Part shown: in pieces, positions 49,810 through 62,662 of the stretch
Position numbering within the stretch: position 1 is the first letter of the stretch
Layout of the letters: each line of letters starts with the position of its first letter
Assembly: GCF_035084215.1 (NCBI RefSeq)
Contig: NC_090352.1
Span: 18,910,001 to 18,974,000 of the forward strand
Direction: 5' to 3'
DNA from: Heptranchias perlo
Lineage: Eukaryota
DNA: 64,000 nt
The notes under the pieces: model-generated
The model's database searches: none
The model's input: the letters and a program-made list of their open reading frames with translations, nothing else
Told to the model about the DNA's origin: nothing
Made by a program: the position numbers and the translations under genes

Positions 49810-50930
49810 ATGTCTATTGGGTAAAAGCATTGCCCAATGTAGCACTAAGCTCAGAAGGTTGCAGCTTTAATGCCCGATCAATCCTGAGGTAGCTCATCTT
49901 AGCCAGAAAAATTGTAGAGTGTCGCATTGGGACTTAATGCTTCAGAGATAGGGAGGGAGAAAAAACAGCCTGTTTTCCTGATCGTTACCCAGTCAACCCT
50001 GCTCTAAAGTGCCTGTGTGTAGGAGCCGGGTGAGAACGAGGCCTGGCTCAGCTGTGATATTCTGGATGAAACATCTGCTAACATTTACCTTCAAGGCTAA
50101 AACACAAAAATGGCCACTTGGGTGAGGTACTAGGGGATTGCTGGTGCCAATGGAGCCAAATCCCAGCGAGACTTAGTGGGGGTGAAATTGGTCTTTGTGG
50201 AAGCGCCAATTAGGCAATAACGAATCGGCCACCCATTTTACGTTCCGCCCGAATTTCTTTTCCAAGGACTTCGATCGGGCGGGGTGTAAAACAGGTTACC
50301 GATTCACTACTGCCCGTTTTGCGTTACCACAGAAGACCAGTTTTACCCGCAGGATCTGCAGGGGATATATTTAAACAGAGTTACCCTACTTGCTGCAAAA
50401 TACAAATTATCAGCTACATTTTGGTACATAAATTGCATCTCTGCATAAGACTGCTTTTTTCAGTAAAAATCCTTCAAATTGCATCAGTTTATAAGTGAAA
50501 GCCATGTAGATGAGGAAGATAAAAATGTGCATGTAGGTGCAACTTATACATCAACTTTTATGGTAACTATCTTGAGTAGCACTTAACCATGCAGAGCAGG
50601 TTGATTTCCTGGTCTGTGTTGAGTTAGCTGATTCTAGGCAGGACAGAAATTGAGGCACTACAATTGGCCCTCGTACCCCTGGGCTAAGGAGGGGCAAATC
50701 AGCCAATGGTCCCACTCCTTATTGCTGTACAGTGATTCCTGATGGAAAGTGCACTTGTAGCAATAATGGCTTGGTAATTATGCCCTCTGTGCTTGAACAG
50801 CCTAGCATCACTCACTGTCTAGGCTCACATGTAAAGAATAGGCACTTTGGCAAAGCGCTGAAGGGCTTCCATCACTCTTGGAATTGTATTCTATCAACAG
50901 TGATAAGAGTGGAGAAATTTGCAAAAAATA
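49810..50930 (+). mobile_element. Two decayed copies (about 49810-50177 and 50595-50930) of an ancient SINE, AmnSINE2-like; more pieces at about 51810-51910, 52190-52245 and 59925-60220 (-)
   Basis: Shared motifs ggtctgtgttgagttagctgat, gcactacaattggcc and tggccacttgggtgaggtac. The copies resemble each other. The family name is from recall only. Confidence 0.55.
50178..50350. mobile_element. 173-bp palindromic (hairpin) MITE with Harbinger-type ends
   Basis: The left arm gggggtgaaattggtctt...ccgcccga is an imperfect inverse of the right arm tcgggcgg...aagaccagttttacccgc. Flanks are agt/agg. Confidence 0.8.
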
Positions 50931-51364
50931 TGCATATTACCCTTTGAAAGGCTTAAATCTGCTTGTGTCTCAAAGCACAGTTTTTATCAGTCTGTTTTGG
51001 AGATGCTTCACCCCATCTACTTGATCTATTTCCAGCACACTCTTCTAGTGGAACATCGGAATTGCTCAACAAATAGTGACCAAAGTTCATCCAGTTTGCC
51101 TTCTACCATCCTAGTGGTTGCATGATCCAACAATTACAGAGTTGTTGACTAATCGTGGCAATCAATCTCTATCAATTAGTCTATAACAGACCCAGACACA
51201 AGGCGAAGAAAACCCCAATGGTAGAAAACTTTGGGAACCATAGGCCCAAATTTCTCTCTCACATGTGATGTATAGTAAGTTTGTGACCATCTGTGTTGAA
51301 AAGCTAATCATATAATTACAACTGATAAGCCTTTGAAATTTCTACCAGTCTGGATCAATTGACC

Positions 51365-51652
51365 TTAATTCTGGCCTCTTGCGCATCCCCGATTTTCTTC
51401 ACTTCATTATTGGTGGCCGTGCCTTCAGCTGCCTAGGCCCTAAGCTCTGCAATTCTCTCCCCAAACCTCTCTACCTCTCTCTTCTCTTTTAAGACGCTCC
51501 TTAAAACCTATCTCTTTGACCAAGCTTTTGTTCACCTGTCCTAATATCTCATGTGGCTTGGTGTCAAATTTTGTTTGGTAATCGCTCCTGTGAAGCACCA
51601 TGGGATGTTTTACTACATTAAAGGCGCTATATAAATGCAAGTTGTTGTTGTT
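51365..51652 (+). mobile_element. L2 3' end
   Basis: Matches 4545-4828 and 34895-35160. Tail aaaggcgctatataaatgcaagttgttgttg. Confidence 0.9.
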
Positions 51653-53585
51653 AATTCTGTATGCATGGACAGAAAATTGTTGACTTTTTTTTGACCTAAG
51701 TAACACCAGAAATCTGAAGAAGTGCTGTGGCAGGAAAAGTCTTACATGTTGCAGTACACACGTTGACGACTTTACATTCCACTAATTGTAAAATATAATG
51801 GATAGTTGGCTTCTTCCAGTGACTCTGTGAGTAAATGCACTGTGGGGTATTGCTATGAACCAAATCAAGCAGCCAGGTCCCAGGTTTGATCTCTCGTCTG
51901 TGCTGAGTTCAGTTGCTTTTATATTGCACGGGGCCTGTGCTAGTTGTGCCGGCTTCCAGTATGCAGATCGCATGCAGTTGGCTGAAACCCAAATGGAAAC
52001 TTACTTTGATGTGCTGAGGCCAGCGATCAGGAAGATCTGGTAAAAATGAATCTTCCCAATTGTTAACCGTAGAAAATCCTGGCAAATTTACATTTGGATT
52101 GTCACAGCCTGCACAAGATCTGTACATCGGAAACAGGTGCCACTAGCACGGGTCTTAATACAATATAAAAGGCAGCTTTAGTTGATCTCAATCCTGGGCT
52201 AGTGAGAGTTCTTCTGATTGCTATTCAATGACCCCTATGGGGAAGAAAAATATTGATCAGGTTAGTGTGTACACTCTTTTTATTTCACTCATGACATTGC
52301 ATAATCCACCGTTAACTTTCTCTTTTGTGACCTGATCGTCCTCACTTATACGTTATAAATCATATTCCTCAGTAATTCACTATCTACTCAATGGGACACA
52401 TCAGCTCTTGTTTTTGCATTGTTGCCTCCAAATAAATAGTTTAAAGACTAAATATGTTGATGGGGTTAGATGAAGAGGCTCGTGTGGAGCATAAACCCCA
52501 GCACAGCCCAGCATGTTGTAATTTTTATGTAATCTGTGTAATCTATGAATGAGTATCTAATTGTGTTCATTACTTTTAACAAAGTTCAGTACATTAGAAC
52601 CTTCCTCGACTGTTATGTACAGTCAGTACTGTATTCTATTCTTGTTAAATACCAGGTTGTACCCAAGTTTAACTGCAGGCTTTTCTTCACTGCCGCATCA
52701 GAGAGCTTGAGACCCACAACTTGCCTTTCCCACAAGCACAGCAGTTTAGGTCGTGCCAGTGCTCAACCAGCTCAGCACAAACACTAAGCTAGCACTCAAT
52801 TCCGGCCCAATCCATCACCTGCTTTCCACTGCCATGTATCGATTTGCCTAGTCAAGCGAGCTGTGTAGATCAATAAATGTTTTTTAGAGCAATATTGTGT
52901 GGGGCTAAATAAATTAGTTTATTTTGTAATAGGAAGAAACAAGGTGTCACTCAGCAGGGCTGGTGCTACAATTTCCTTTCATTACAACCTCAGTGTCCAC
53001 TGATTGGAAAAGTCAAGGTAAAAAGTTACCAGTGGCTTTACCTTTCAGTGAACCATCTTAAAAAAAATTTAAAGGCAATATCTGAATTTTTTTCCCCCCT
53101 TGGCTAAGCTGAGGTTAATACAAAGACTTGTGTTCCTAGATTAGTTCCTAGATTAGTTTGCTCTTCACAGTTTGTGATCGGTTTTTTCAACTGCGCCTTA
53201 CGCAGATGTAGAGATAATGCACTCCAGTGTCAGTGGTGATAGATATTGCACATGGAAGCATATATAGTATGTCAATAAGGATTACATATGTAAAGATATC
53301 TGACATATAGAATTAATTAAGCTCTTTCTGACGTTAAAAATGTTTTGCGAGCAGATCATCTATGGAATTGCCTGATGTTAAGGTGAAAGGTATGTTTTTT
53401 TTTGCAATGATCAGTGCGTTATACTATGTAATATACAATGTAAAAAACATCCCTGTGCTCTCAGGGCACATTGTGCAGAACAGTTAGAAAGCTAAAGAGC
53501 CCACACAAATAAAAAAAATGCAGAAAGACCTTTGGACATGGAGATCATTTACCACCTTCGACCCCATGACTGAACAGAAGAGTTT

Positions 53586-56500
53586 GGGATAGAAATTTGT
53601 CAAGGAAGGCAGCGCAAAATGGGCGGTACGGAATCGCCCGCCTGTTATACCCCCCGCCTGTTATACTCCCCAAACGATATACTCCCTGCCCGTTATACCC
53701 CCCGCCTGTTATACTCCCCAAACGATATACTCCCTGCCCGTTATACCCCCACCTGTTATACTCCCCACTCGATATACTCCCTGCCTGTTATACCCCCCGC
53801 CTGTTATACTCCCCAAACGATATACTCCCTGCCCGTTATACCCCCACCTGTTATACTCCCCAAACGATATACTCCCTGCCCGTTATACCCCCCACCTGTT
53901 ATACTCCCCACTCGATATACTCCCTGCCCGTTATACCCCCCACCTGTTATACTCCCCACTCGATATACTCCCTGCACGTTATACCCCCACCTGTTATACT
54001 CCCCAAACGATATACTCCCTGCCCATTATACCCCCCACCTGTTATACTCCCCACTCGATATGCTCCCTGCCTGTTATACCCCCCACCTGTTATACTCCCC
54101 ACTCGATATACTCCCTGCCTGTTATACCCCCCACCTGTTATACTCCCCAAACAATATACTCCCTGCCCTTTATACCCCCCACCTCTTATACACCCGACTC
54201 GATATACTCCCTTCCCGTTGTACATCCCACCTGTTATACACCCCGCCCCGCCCATTATAGGCCCCGCCCATTATACCTCCGCCCGATATACTCCCTGCCC
54301 ATTACACTCTAAGCCTGTTGTAACCCCATCCATTATACCCCACCTCTGATATACACCCTGCCCATTATATCCCCTGCCTGTAATACTCCCCCCCATTATA
54401 CTATATGCCTGTTATACAACCTGCCGTTATACACCCCGCCGTTATACACCCCACCCGTTATACACACCGCCCATTATACCACCCACCCGTGATACCCTAC
54501 GCCCGTTATACTCCCCCACGTTATACATCCCACCAGTTATACTCCCCGCCCGTTATGCTCCCCTGCCCGTTATACACCCCGCCCGTTATACACCCCGCCC
54601 GTTATACACCGCGCCCGTTATACACCCCGCCCGTTATACTCCCCGCCCGTTATAAACCTCGCCCGTTATACACCCCGCCCGTTATACACCCCGCCCGTTA
54701 TACTCCCCCGCCCGTTATACTCCCCGCCCGTTATACACCGCGCCCGTTATACACCCCGCCCGTTATACTCCCCGCCCGTTATAAACCTCGCCCGTTATAC
54801 ACCCCGCCCGTTATACTCCACGCCCGTTATGCACCCCGCCCGTTATACACCCCGCCCGTTATACACCCCGCCCGTTGTACTCCCCGCCCGTTGTACACCG
54901 CCCCCGTTATACACCCCGCCCGTTATACACCCCGCCCGTTGTACTCCCCGCCCGTTGTACACCGCCCCCGTTATACACCCCGCCTGTTATACTCCCCGCC
55001 CGTTATACACCGCGCCCGTTATACACCCCGCCCGTTATACTCCCCGCCCGTTATAAACCTCGCCCGTTATACACCCCGCCCGTTGTACACCGCCCCCGTT
55101 ATACACCCCGCCCGTTATACACCCCGCCCGTTGTACTCCCCGCCCGTTGTACACCGCCCCTGTTATACACCCCGCCTGTTATACTCCCCGCCCGTTATAC
55201 ACCGCGCCCGTTATACACCCCGCCCGTTATACTCCCCGCCCGTTATAAACCTCGCCCGTTATACGCCCCGCCCGTTATACTCCCCGACCGTTATACACGC
55301 CGCCCGATATACACCCCGCCCGTTATACACCCCGCCCGATATACACCCCGCCCGTTATACACCCCGCCCGATATACTCCCCGCCCGTTATACACCCCGCC
55401 CGTTATACACCCCGCCCGATATACTCCCCGCCCGTTATACACCTCGCCCGTTATACACCCCGCCCGTTATACTCCCCGCCCATTATACTCCCCGCCCGTT
55501 ATACACCCCGCCCGTTATACTCCACGCCCGTTATACTCCCCGCCCGTTATACACCCCGCCCGTTATACTCCACGCCCGTTATACTCCCCGCCCGTTATAC
55601 TCCCCGCCCTTTATACAGCTCGCCCGTTATACACCCCGCCCATTATACTCCCCGACCGTTATACACCCCGCCCGATATACACCCCGCCCGTTATACTCCC
55701 TGCCCGTTCTACACCACGCCCGATATACTCCCCGCCCGTTATACACCTCGCCCGTTATACACCCCGCCCGTTATACTCCCCGCCCGTTATAAACCTCGCC
55801 CGTTATACGCCCCGCCCGTTATACTCCCCGACCGTTATACACGCCGCCCGATATACACCCCGCCCGTTATACACCCCGCCCGATATACACCCCGCCCGAT
55901 ATACTCCCCGCCCGTTATACTCCCCGCCCGTTATACACCCCGCCCGTTATACTCCACGCCCGTTATACTCCCCGCCCGTTATACTCCCCGCCCGTTATAC
56001 AGCTCGCCCGTTATACACCCCGCCCATTATACTCCCCGACCGTTATACACCCCGCCCGATATACACCCCGCCCGTTATACTCCCCGCCCGTTCTACACCA
56101 CGCCCGATATACTCCCCGCCTGTTATACTCCCCGCCCAATATACTCCCCGCCCGTTATACACCCCGCCCGTTATGCACCCCACCCATTATACTCCCCACC
56201 CGTTATATACCGCCCCCGTTATACACCCCGCCCAATATACACCCCGCCTGATATACACCCCGCCCGTTATACTCCCTGCCCGTTATACACCCCGCCTGAT
56301 ATACACCCCGCCCGTTATACTCCCTGCCCGTTATACACCCCGCCTGTTATACTCCCCGCCCGTTATACACCCCGCCCGTTATACACCCCGCCCATTATAC
56401 ACCCCGCCCATTATACTCCCCGCCCGTTATACTCCCCGCCCGTTATACACCCTGCCCGTTATACTCCCCACCCGTTATATACCGCCCCCGTTATACACCC

Positions 56501-57354
56501 CGCCTGATATACACCCCGCCCGTTATACTCCCTGCCCGTTATACACCCCGCCTGTTATACTCCCCGCCCGTTATGCACCCCACCCATTATACTCCCCACC
56601 CGTTATATACCGCCCCCGTTATACACCCCGCCTGATATACACCCCGCCCGTTATACTCCCTGCCCGTTATACACCCCGCCTGTTATACTCCCCGCCCGTT
56701 ATACACCCCGCCCGTTATACACCCCGCCCATTATACTCCCCGCCCGTTATACTCCCCGCCCGTTATACACCCTGCCCGTTATACACCCCGCCCATCATAC
56801 TCCCCGCCCGTTATACTCCCCGCCCGTTATGCACCCCGCCCATTATACACCCCGCCCGTTATACACCCCGCTTGTTATACACCCTGCCCATTATACACCC
56901 TGCCTGTTATACACCCCGCCCGTTATACACCCCGCCCTTTATACTCCCCACCCATTATACACCCCGCCCATTATACACCCCGCCTGTTATACACCCTGCC
57001 CGTTATACACCCCGCCTGTTATACTCCTTGCCCATTATACACCCTGCCCGTTATACTCCCTGCCCGTTATACACCCCGCCTGTTATACTCCCCACCCGTT
57101 ATACACCCTGCCCGTTATACTCCCCGCCCGTTATACTCCCCGCCCGTTATACACCCCGCCCGTTATACTCCTTGCCTGTTATACACCCCACCCGTTATAT
57201 TCCCCGCCCGTTATACTCCCCGCCCGAGTAGTTCCATTGACTAATAAAATGAATTGAAATGAATATTAAGTAAGGAGTAAGACAGAGGGCCGATACAATG
57301 CCGCCCATTTAGCGCAACCCCTCCTCCACTCCCCAGAAGATGAATTTCTACTCC
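53586..57354. mobile_element. Hairpin MITE inflated by an internal minisatellite
   Basis: TIRs gggatagaaatttgtc and gatgaatttctactcc, TSD ttt. Inner arm sequence gcgcaaaatgggcggta pairs with tgccgcccatttagcgc. Confidence 0.82.
53636..57226. repeat. Minisatellite, 16-bp unit cgttatac(a/t)ccccgcc, about 225 copies; the 5' part is a 47-48-bp trimer
   Basis: The unit is directly visible. The ORFs show 16-aa periodicity (3 units = 48 nt). Confidence 0.97.
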
Positions 57355-59469
57355 TTTACCTCACCTCTGAAAAGAACCCTCCGGCTGCATTAAACTGAGA
57401 GTTAAGAGTTTCCTGAAAAAAGTAACTAAAAATTATATTACAATAAAATCCCATTACACCTAGAAAGTTCAGTGTGTGGGATTTATGTTCAAGTGCAGCT
57501 TTTAGCAAAAAAAAGGGTATATGAAATGAGGAAGTCTAATGTTGGTAAAATGTTGCTGGTGCCAATTCAGTTTTGCTGGCAAATAAAATGTAATGTCTTC
57601 TTGTAAACTTTAACTGATAAAGGAGGATGAAATTATAATCTTTTCAGAATAAACAAGGAAGATTGGGGGCTGATGCCAGTGAACACATTCCTTTGTATGT
57701 GTGCAGGAGCCATGGTTGTGCCATGGCTTCTGGGAATTGTCGTCTTTTCTGTGGGAACTGGACTATTGTGCATGCTCACTTTGTTATTTTACATCAGTGC
57801 CATTATATCGTGTCTCCAAACTTGAGGAATAAACTGGCTGGGTTGAAATAGTCGAGTATGGAAAGGGTGTTTTACCCAGAGTCCACGATGTTTAGTGGCC
57901 TGGCGTGGTGCATTGCGGTGTTTGTGGGCAAGTAGGGAAAAGCAATTGGAGTCGAGTGTGACAAAATAGAGAATTTTTTGTCTTTCACTTCATACAGTTC
58001 TAAAATGACTATAGTTAAAATGGAAGTTGCATTTTCCTTACCATATTTCAGTGTGAAGGCCAGGAGACGGGTTGTCTGCAGAACTCAAGCCAGAGTAATC
58101 AACCTGGAGGTTAATTGGGGCTTTATTTTAGTTGCGAATTGAATTATACAGGGTCAAAGCATTTAGCAGTTATGTGAGATCTGGAAAAACATGGGGACAC
58201 CTGCTCATCAGTGTTCTATGTAATTAATTCAATAATGCTGACTAGAATGCTTTGGACTGTTCTCAGCATTGGAGAAGTCTTCATCTCTTTAATTTTAGGA
58301 GGAGATCTGAAATCCATGGGTGCACTAGAAATTTCTATCCATGTACAACATTACATCATGAAGGTTTACGAAAGACTATGTCATCAAAAAGTCCTGTGGC
58401 TTACCAAATTGCGTAAGAAATTTAACCCCTTGTGGGGTGATTTTACTTTTATTGTATTGCATTCTTAGTGTGTCTTCCTGCTTCAATAGATTGTTCAACC
58501 TAGAAATAACTATTAGTTTTAGCTTGAGCATGTTGGTTTGGCGCTGCAGTATTTTCTGCCTTTTGAAAGATGGTGGACAAACCCATAAGATCCCCAGTGA
58601 TCAACACCATGATTAGGGGGTAATTTTTAATCCGGGGTATGCTATATCATACATTGTATGTGTAAGGCATTGGTTTATAGGACATCTGGCCTGCTTATGA
58701 AAAACAGCTTTTTTATGCGACCGCAAAGGTGTTGGGAGAAAGCCTGAACTATTACAACAAGTTTAGGGGCAAGTTGATGATTTATTTTGTCTTTGGATTT
58801 TCTTTAATCTATTATGTTGCATGTTATTTCTACAGCTATCTGGTGATGGGTGAGGAACTAACAGGATCGTGGAAAGGAGTTTGAAATAATTTCTTCCGTG
58901 ATTTCATTATTGTGAATGGGAATTTTTTGAGAGACAGTGTTTTTTGATTGGCTGAGATTTACCAATCAATATGCTTTGCATCTTTCAGCCATGATGACGT
59001 GGAGCAGACACAAAATGTTTAATGATATAGGTAGGTGTACAATCCAGAGGATACAGTCATAAAAATACACATCGCCTTCTATGACTAAAGATGCTGAAGA
59101 AAGGGAATAACAGTTTCTGACCTAAAAATCTGCTTTATTAAGCACTGCATGGTGATGCAGGCTTTTGTTCTGTCTGTCAGGGAATATGGATGGTGCAAAG
59201 AAATTCTCCCACACAAACCGTAAGATTCACTTGAGAAAAATTATCTCTGTGTCATAACTGTTACAGAGGCAAGAAAATATTAATTTGTAAAGTCTCTGAT
59301 ATTTTAAAGATATACATTATGTATAAGAGATTGGACAAGTCACCTTCACAAGTTGTCAAATACACAATACACACAGTTAAGATCAGCCAGGACCATCCCA
59401 GTGTTCCAACACACAATGCACAATGTGGAGTAGGGTCACCTGTACAGAGTATAAACCACTCAGTGTAGT

Positions 59470-59560
59470 AAGAATTGCTGGAAAGTTTCAGAAGGTCATT
59501 TAGCATCTGTGGAGAGAACAGAGAAGTTGATGTTTCAAGTGTAGACCTGTCATCAGAACT
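59470..59560 (-). mobile_element. Penelope-like terminal fragment with a decayed hammerhead motif (59525-59560)
   Basis: The minus strand reads AGUU-CUGAUGA-C-AGGU-CUAC-ACUU-GAAA-CAUC-AACU, followed by tctctccacagatgct...tttccagca. Confidence 0.65.
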
Positions 59561-60239
59561 GATGCTGACTGATGAGCTGACTCTTTCCATCACTTTTTGT
59601 AAGCAGAATGATTCCATTAACACTAATGATGCAGTGAAGATCTATTGAAAACAGTTTCTTTGTCACTCCAGCAGGTCAACTCCATGAAATGAATGAAGAC
59701 AGAGCAGCCATTAAAGAGTATTATTTGGAAAACAAGTCACTGAAAAAACACCACGCAGTTACCTTTTATTGAGGGATATAATTTTGGGACATGACTATAC
59801 TCCTGTAATAGACCTACCATAGCAAATGAATGTCAGAAATGTTTGGATGCATCCATTATTTTCTTTTCTGACCAAATATCTCCTGAGGATCTTCCTTCCT
59901 TGCTGAGGTACAGTTCCACATAATCCAGTTCCCCTCCAGTAGCTTGCCCAGCAGGCCAGTGTTCATGTGTGAACTTTGAAAGTAAGTGTCATTGGGGCAT
60001 TACAGTTGAGCCCCATCCAGTCTTCATCTAATGTCCATGCACACTCATTTCCAGCAGTATTAGATCGTAATCAGAAGTGGGAGCTCTGGCTGATTTTCCC
60101 ATCCCAGCCTCACAAATGCCGAGGCAGATTGTAACACCCCTACCACTGTCTTGGTTGAGATTAGTTAACTCAGCAATACTGAGGACTGAACCTGGGACTT
60201 CCTGGTCTGTGTGGCTTAGCGAGTTGGGGCTTCATAAAG

Positions 60240-62662
60240 ATAAAAAAGAACTTGCATTTATATAGCGCCTTTCACGACCTCAGGACATCCCAAAGTGCTT
60301 TACAGCCAATGAAACTTACTTGACCTTGTCCTCACCAATCTACCTGTCGCAAATGCATCTGTCCATGACAGTATTGATAGGAGTGACCATCGCACAGTCC
60401 TCGTGGAGACGAAGTCCCGTCTTCACACTGAGGACACCATCCCATGTGTTGTGTGGCACTACCACCGTGCTAAATGGGATGGATTCAGAACAGATCTAGC
60501 AGCTCAAAACTGGGCATCCATGAGGCGCTGTGGGCCATCAGCAGCAGCAGAATTGTATTCCAGCACAATCTGTAACCTCATGGCCCGGCATATTCCTCAC
60601 TCTACCATTACCAACAAGCCAGGGGATCAATCCTGGTTCAATGAGGAGTGTAGAAGAGCATGCCAGGAGCAGCACCAGGCGTACCTAAAAATGAGGTGCC
60701 AACCTGGTGAAGCTACAACTCAGGACTACATGCATGCTAAACAGTGGAAGCAACATGCTATAGACAGAGCTAAGCGATTCCACAACCAACGGATCAGATC
60801 AAAGCTCTGCAGTCCTGCCACATCCAGTCGTGAATGGTGGTGGACAATTAAACAACTAATGGGAGGAGGAGGCTCTGCAAACATCCCCATTCTCAATGAT
60901 GGTGGAGTCCAGCACGCGTTTGCAACCATCTTCAGCCAGAAGTGCCGAGTGGATGATCCATCTTGGCCTCCTCCCAATATCCCCACCATCACAGAAGCCA
61001 GTCTTCAGCCAATTCGATTCACGCCATATGATATCAAGAAACGGCTGAGTGCACTGGATACAGCAAAGGCTATGGGCCCCGACAACATCCCGGCTGTAGT
61101 GCTGAAGACTTGTGCTCCAGAACTAGCTGCGCCTCTAGCCAAGCTGTTCCAGTATAGCTACAACACTGGCATCTACCCGACAATGTGGAAAATTGCCCAG
61201 GTATTTCCTGTCCACAAAAAGCAGGACAAATCCAATTCGGCCAATTAACGCCCCATCAGTCTACTCTCGATCATCAGCAAAGTGATAGAAGGTGTCGTCG
61301 ACAGTGCTATCAAGCGGCACTTACTCACCAATAACCTGCTCACCGACGCTCAGTTTGGGTTCCGCCAGAACCACTCAACTCCAGACCTCATTACAGCCTT
61401 GGTCCAAACATGGACAAAAGAGCTGAATCCCAGAGGTGAGGTGAGAGTGACTGCCCTCGACATCAAGGCAGCATTTGACCGAGTGTGGCACCAAGGAGCC
61501 CTAGTAAAATTGAAGTCAATGGGAATCGGGGGGAAAACTCTCCAGTGGCTGGAGTCATACCTAGCACAAAGGAAGATTGTAGTGGTTGTTGGAGGCCAAT
61601 CATCTCAGCCCCAGGGCATTGCTGCAGGAGTTCCTCAGGGCAGTGTCCTAGGCCCAACCATCTTCAGCTGTTTCATCAATGACCTTCCCTCCATTATAAG
61701 GTCAGAAATGATGCTGTTCGCTGATGACTGCACAGTGTTCAGTTCCATTCCCAACCCCTCAAATAATGAAGCAGTCCGAGCCCGAATGCAGCAAGACCTG
61801 GACAACATCCAGACTTGGGCGGATAAGTGGCAAGTAACATTCGCGCCAGACAAGTGCCAGTCAATGACCATCTCCAACAAGAGAGAGTCTAACCACCTCC
61901 CCTTGACATTCAATGGCATTACCATCGCCAAATCCCCCACCATCAACATCCTGGGGCTCACCATTGACCAGAAACTTAACTGGACCAGCCATATAAATAC
62001 TGTAGCTACAAGAGCAGGTCAGAGGCTGGGTATTCTGTGGCGAGTGATTCACCTCTTGACTCCCCAAAGCCTTTCCACCATCTACAAGGCACAAGTCAGG
62101 AGTGTGATGGAATACTCTCCACTTGCCTGGATGAGTGCAGCTCCAACAACACTCAAGAAGCTCAACACCATCCAGGACAAAGCGGCCTGCTTGATTGGCA
62201 CCCCATCCACCACCCTAAACATTCACTCCCTTCACCACCGGCGCACAGTGGCTGCAGTGTGTACCATCCACAGGATGCACTGCAGCAACTCGCTAAGGCT
62301 TCTTCGACAGCACCTCCCAAACCCGCGACCTCTACCACCTAGAAGGACAAGAGCAGCAGGAACATGGGAACAACACCACCTGCACGTTCCCCTCCAAGTC
62401 ACACACCATCCCGACTTGGAAATATATCGCCGTTCCTTCATCGTCGCTGGGTCAAAATCCTGGATCTCCTTTCCTAACAGCACTGTGGGAGAACCTTCAC
62501 CACATGGACTGCAGCGGTTCAAGAAGGCAACTCACCACCACCTTCTCAAGGGCAATTAGGGATGGGCAATAAATGCCGGCCTCGCCAGCGACGCCCACAT
62601 CACATGAACGAATAAAAAAAAATACGTTTGAAGTGTAGTCACTGAGATAATGTAGGAAACAT
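60240..62662 (-). mobile_element. SacSINE1-like 3' fragment split by a LINE (60240-60312 and 62622-62662)
   Basis: ...tacagccaatgaa and atacgtttgaagtgtagtcactg... rejoin to the SINE sequence seen at 3035-3085. Confidence 0.8.
60313..62621 (+). mobile_element. CR1-group LINE, 5'-truncated, ORF2 segment nearly intact
   Basis: One frame runs from LLDLVLTN...SDH (endonuclease end) through KAMGPD, N*RPISLL, QFGF, DIKAAFDRVW, PQGSVLGP and FADD to the stop at 62559. There is a single internal stop at 61246. The tail is tgaacgaataaaaaaaaa. Confidence 0.93.

Noticed and set aside
54405-56507. 700-aa Pro/Tyr-rich ORF (extensin- or adhesive-like) and overlapping ORFs
   Set aside because: It is a translation of a 16-bp non-triplet minisatellite that is open in several frames. 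It lies inside a MITE and shows no gene signals.
58990-59098. C/D-box snoRNA (atgatga ... ctga)
   Set aside because: The boxes are short enough to occur by chance, the possible terminal stem overlaps the D box, and I recognise no rRNA guide sequence.
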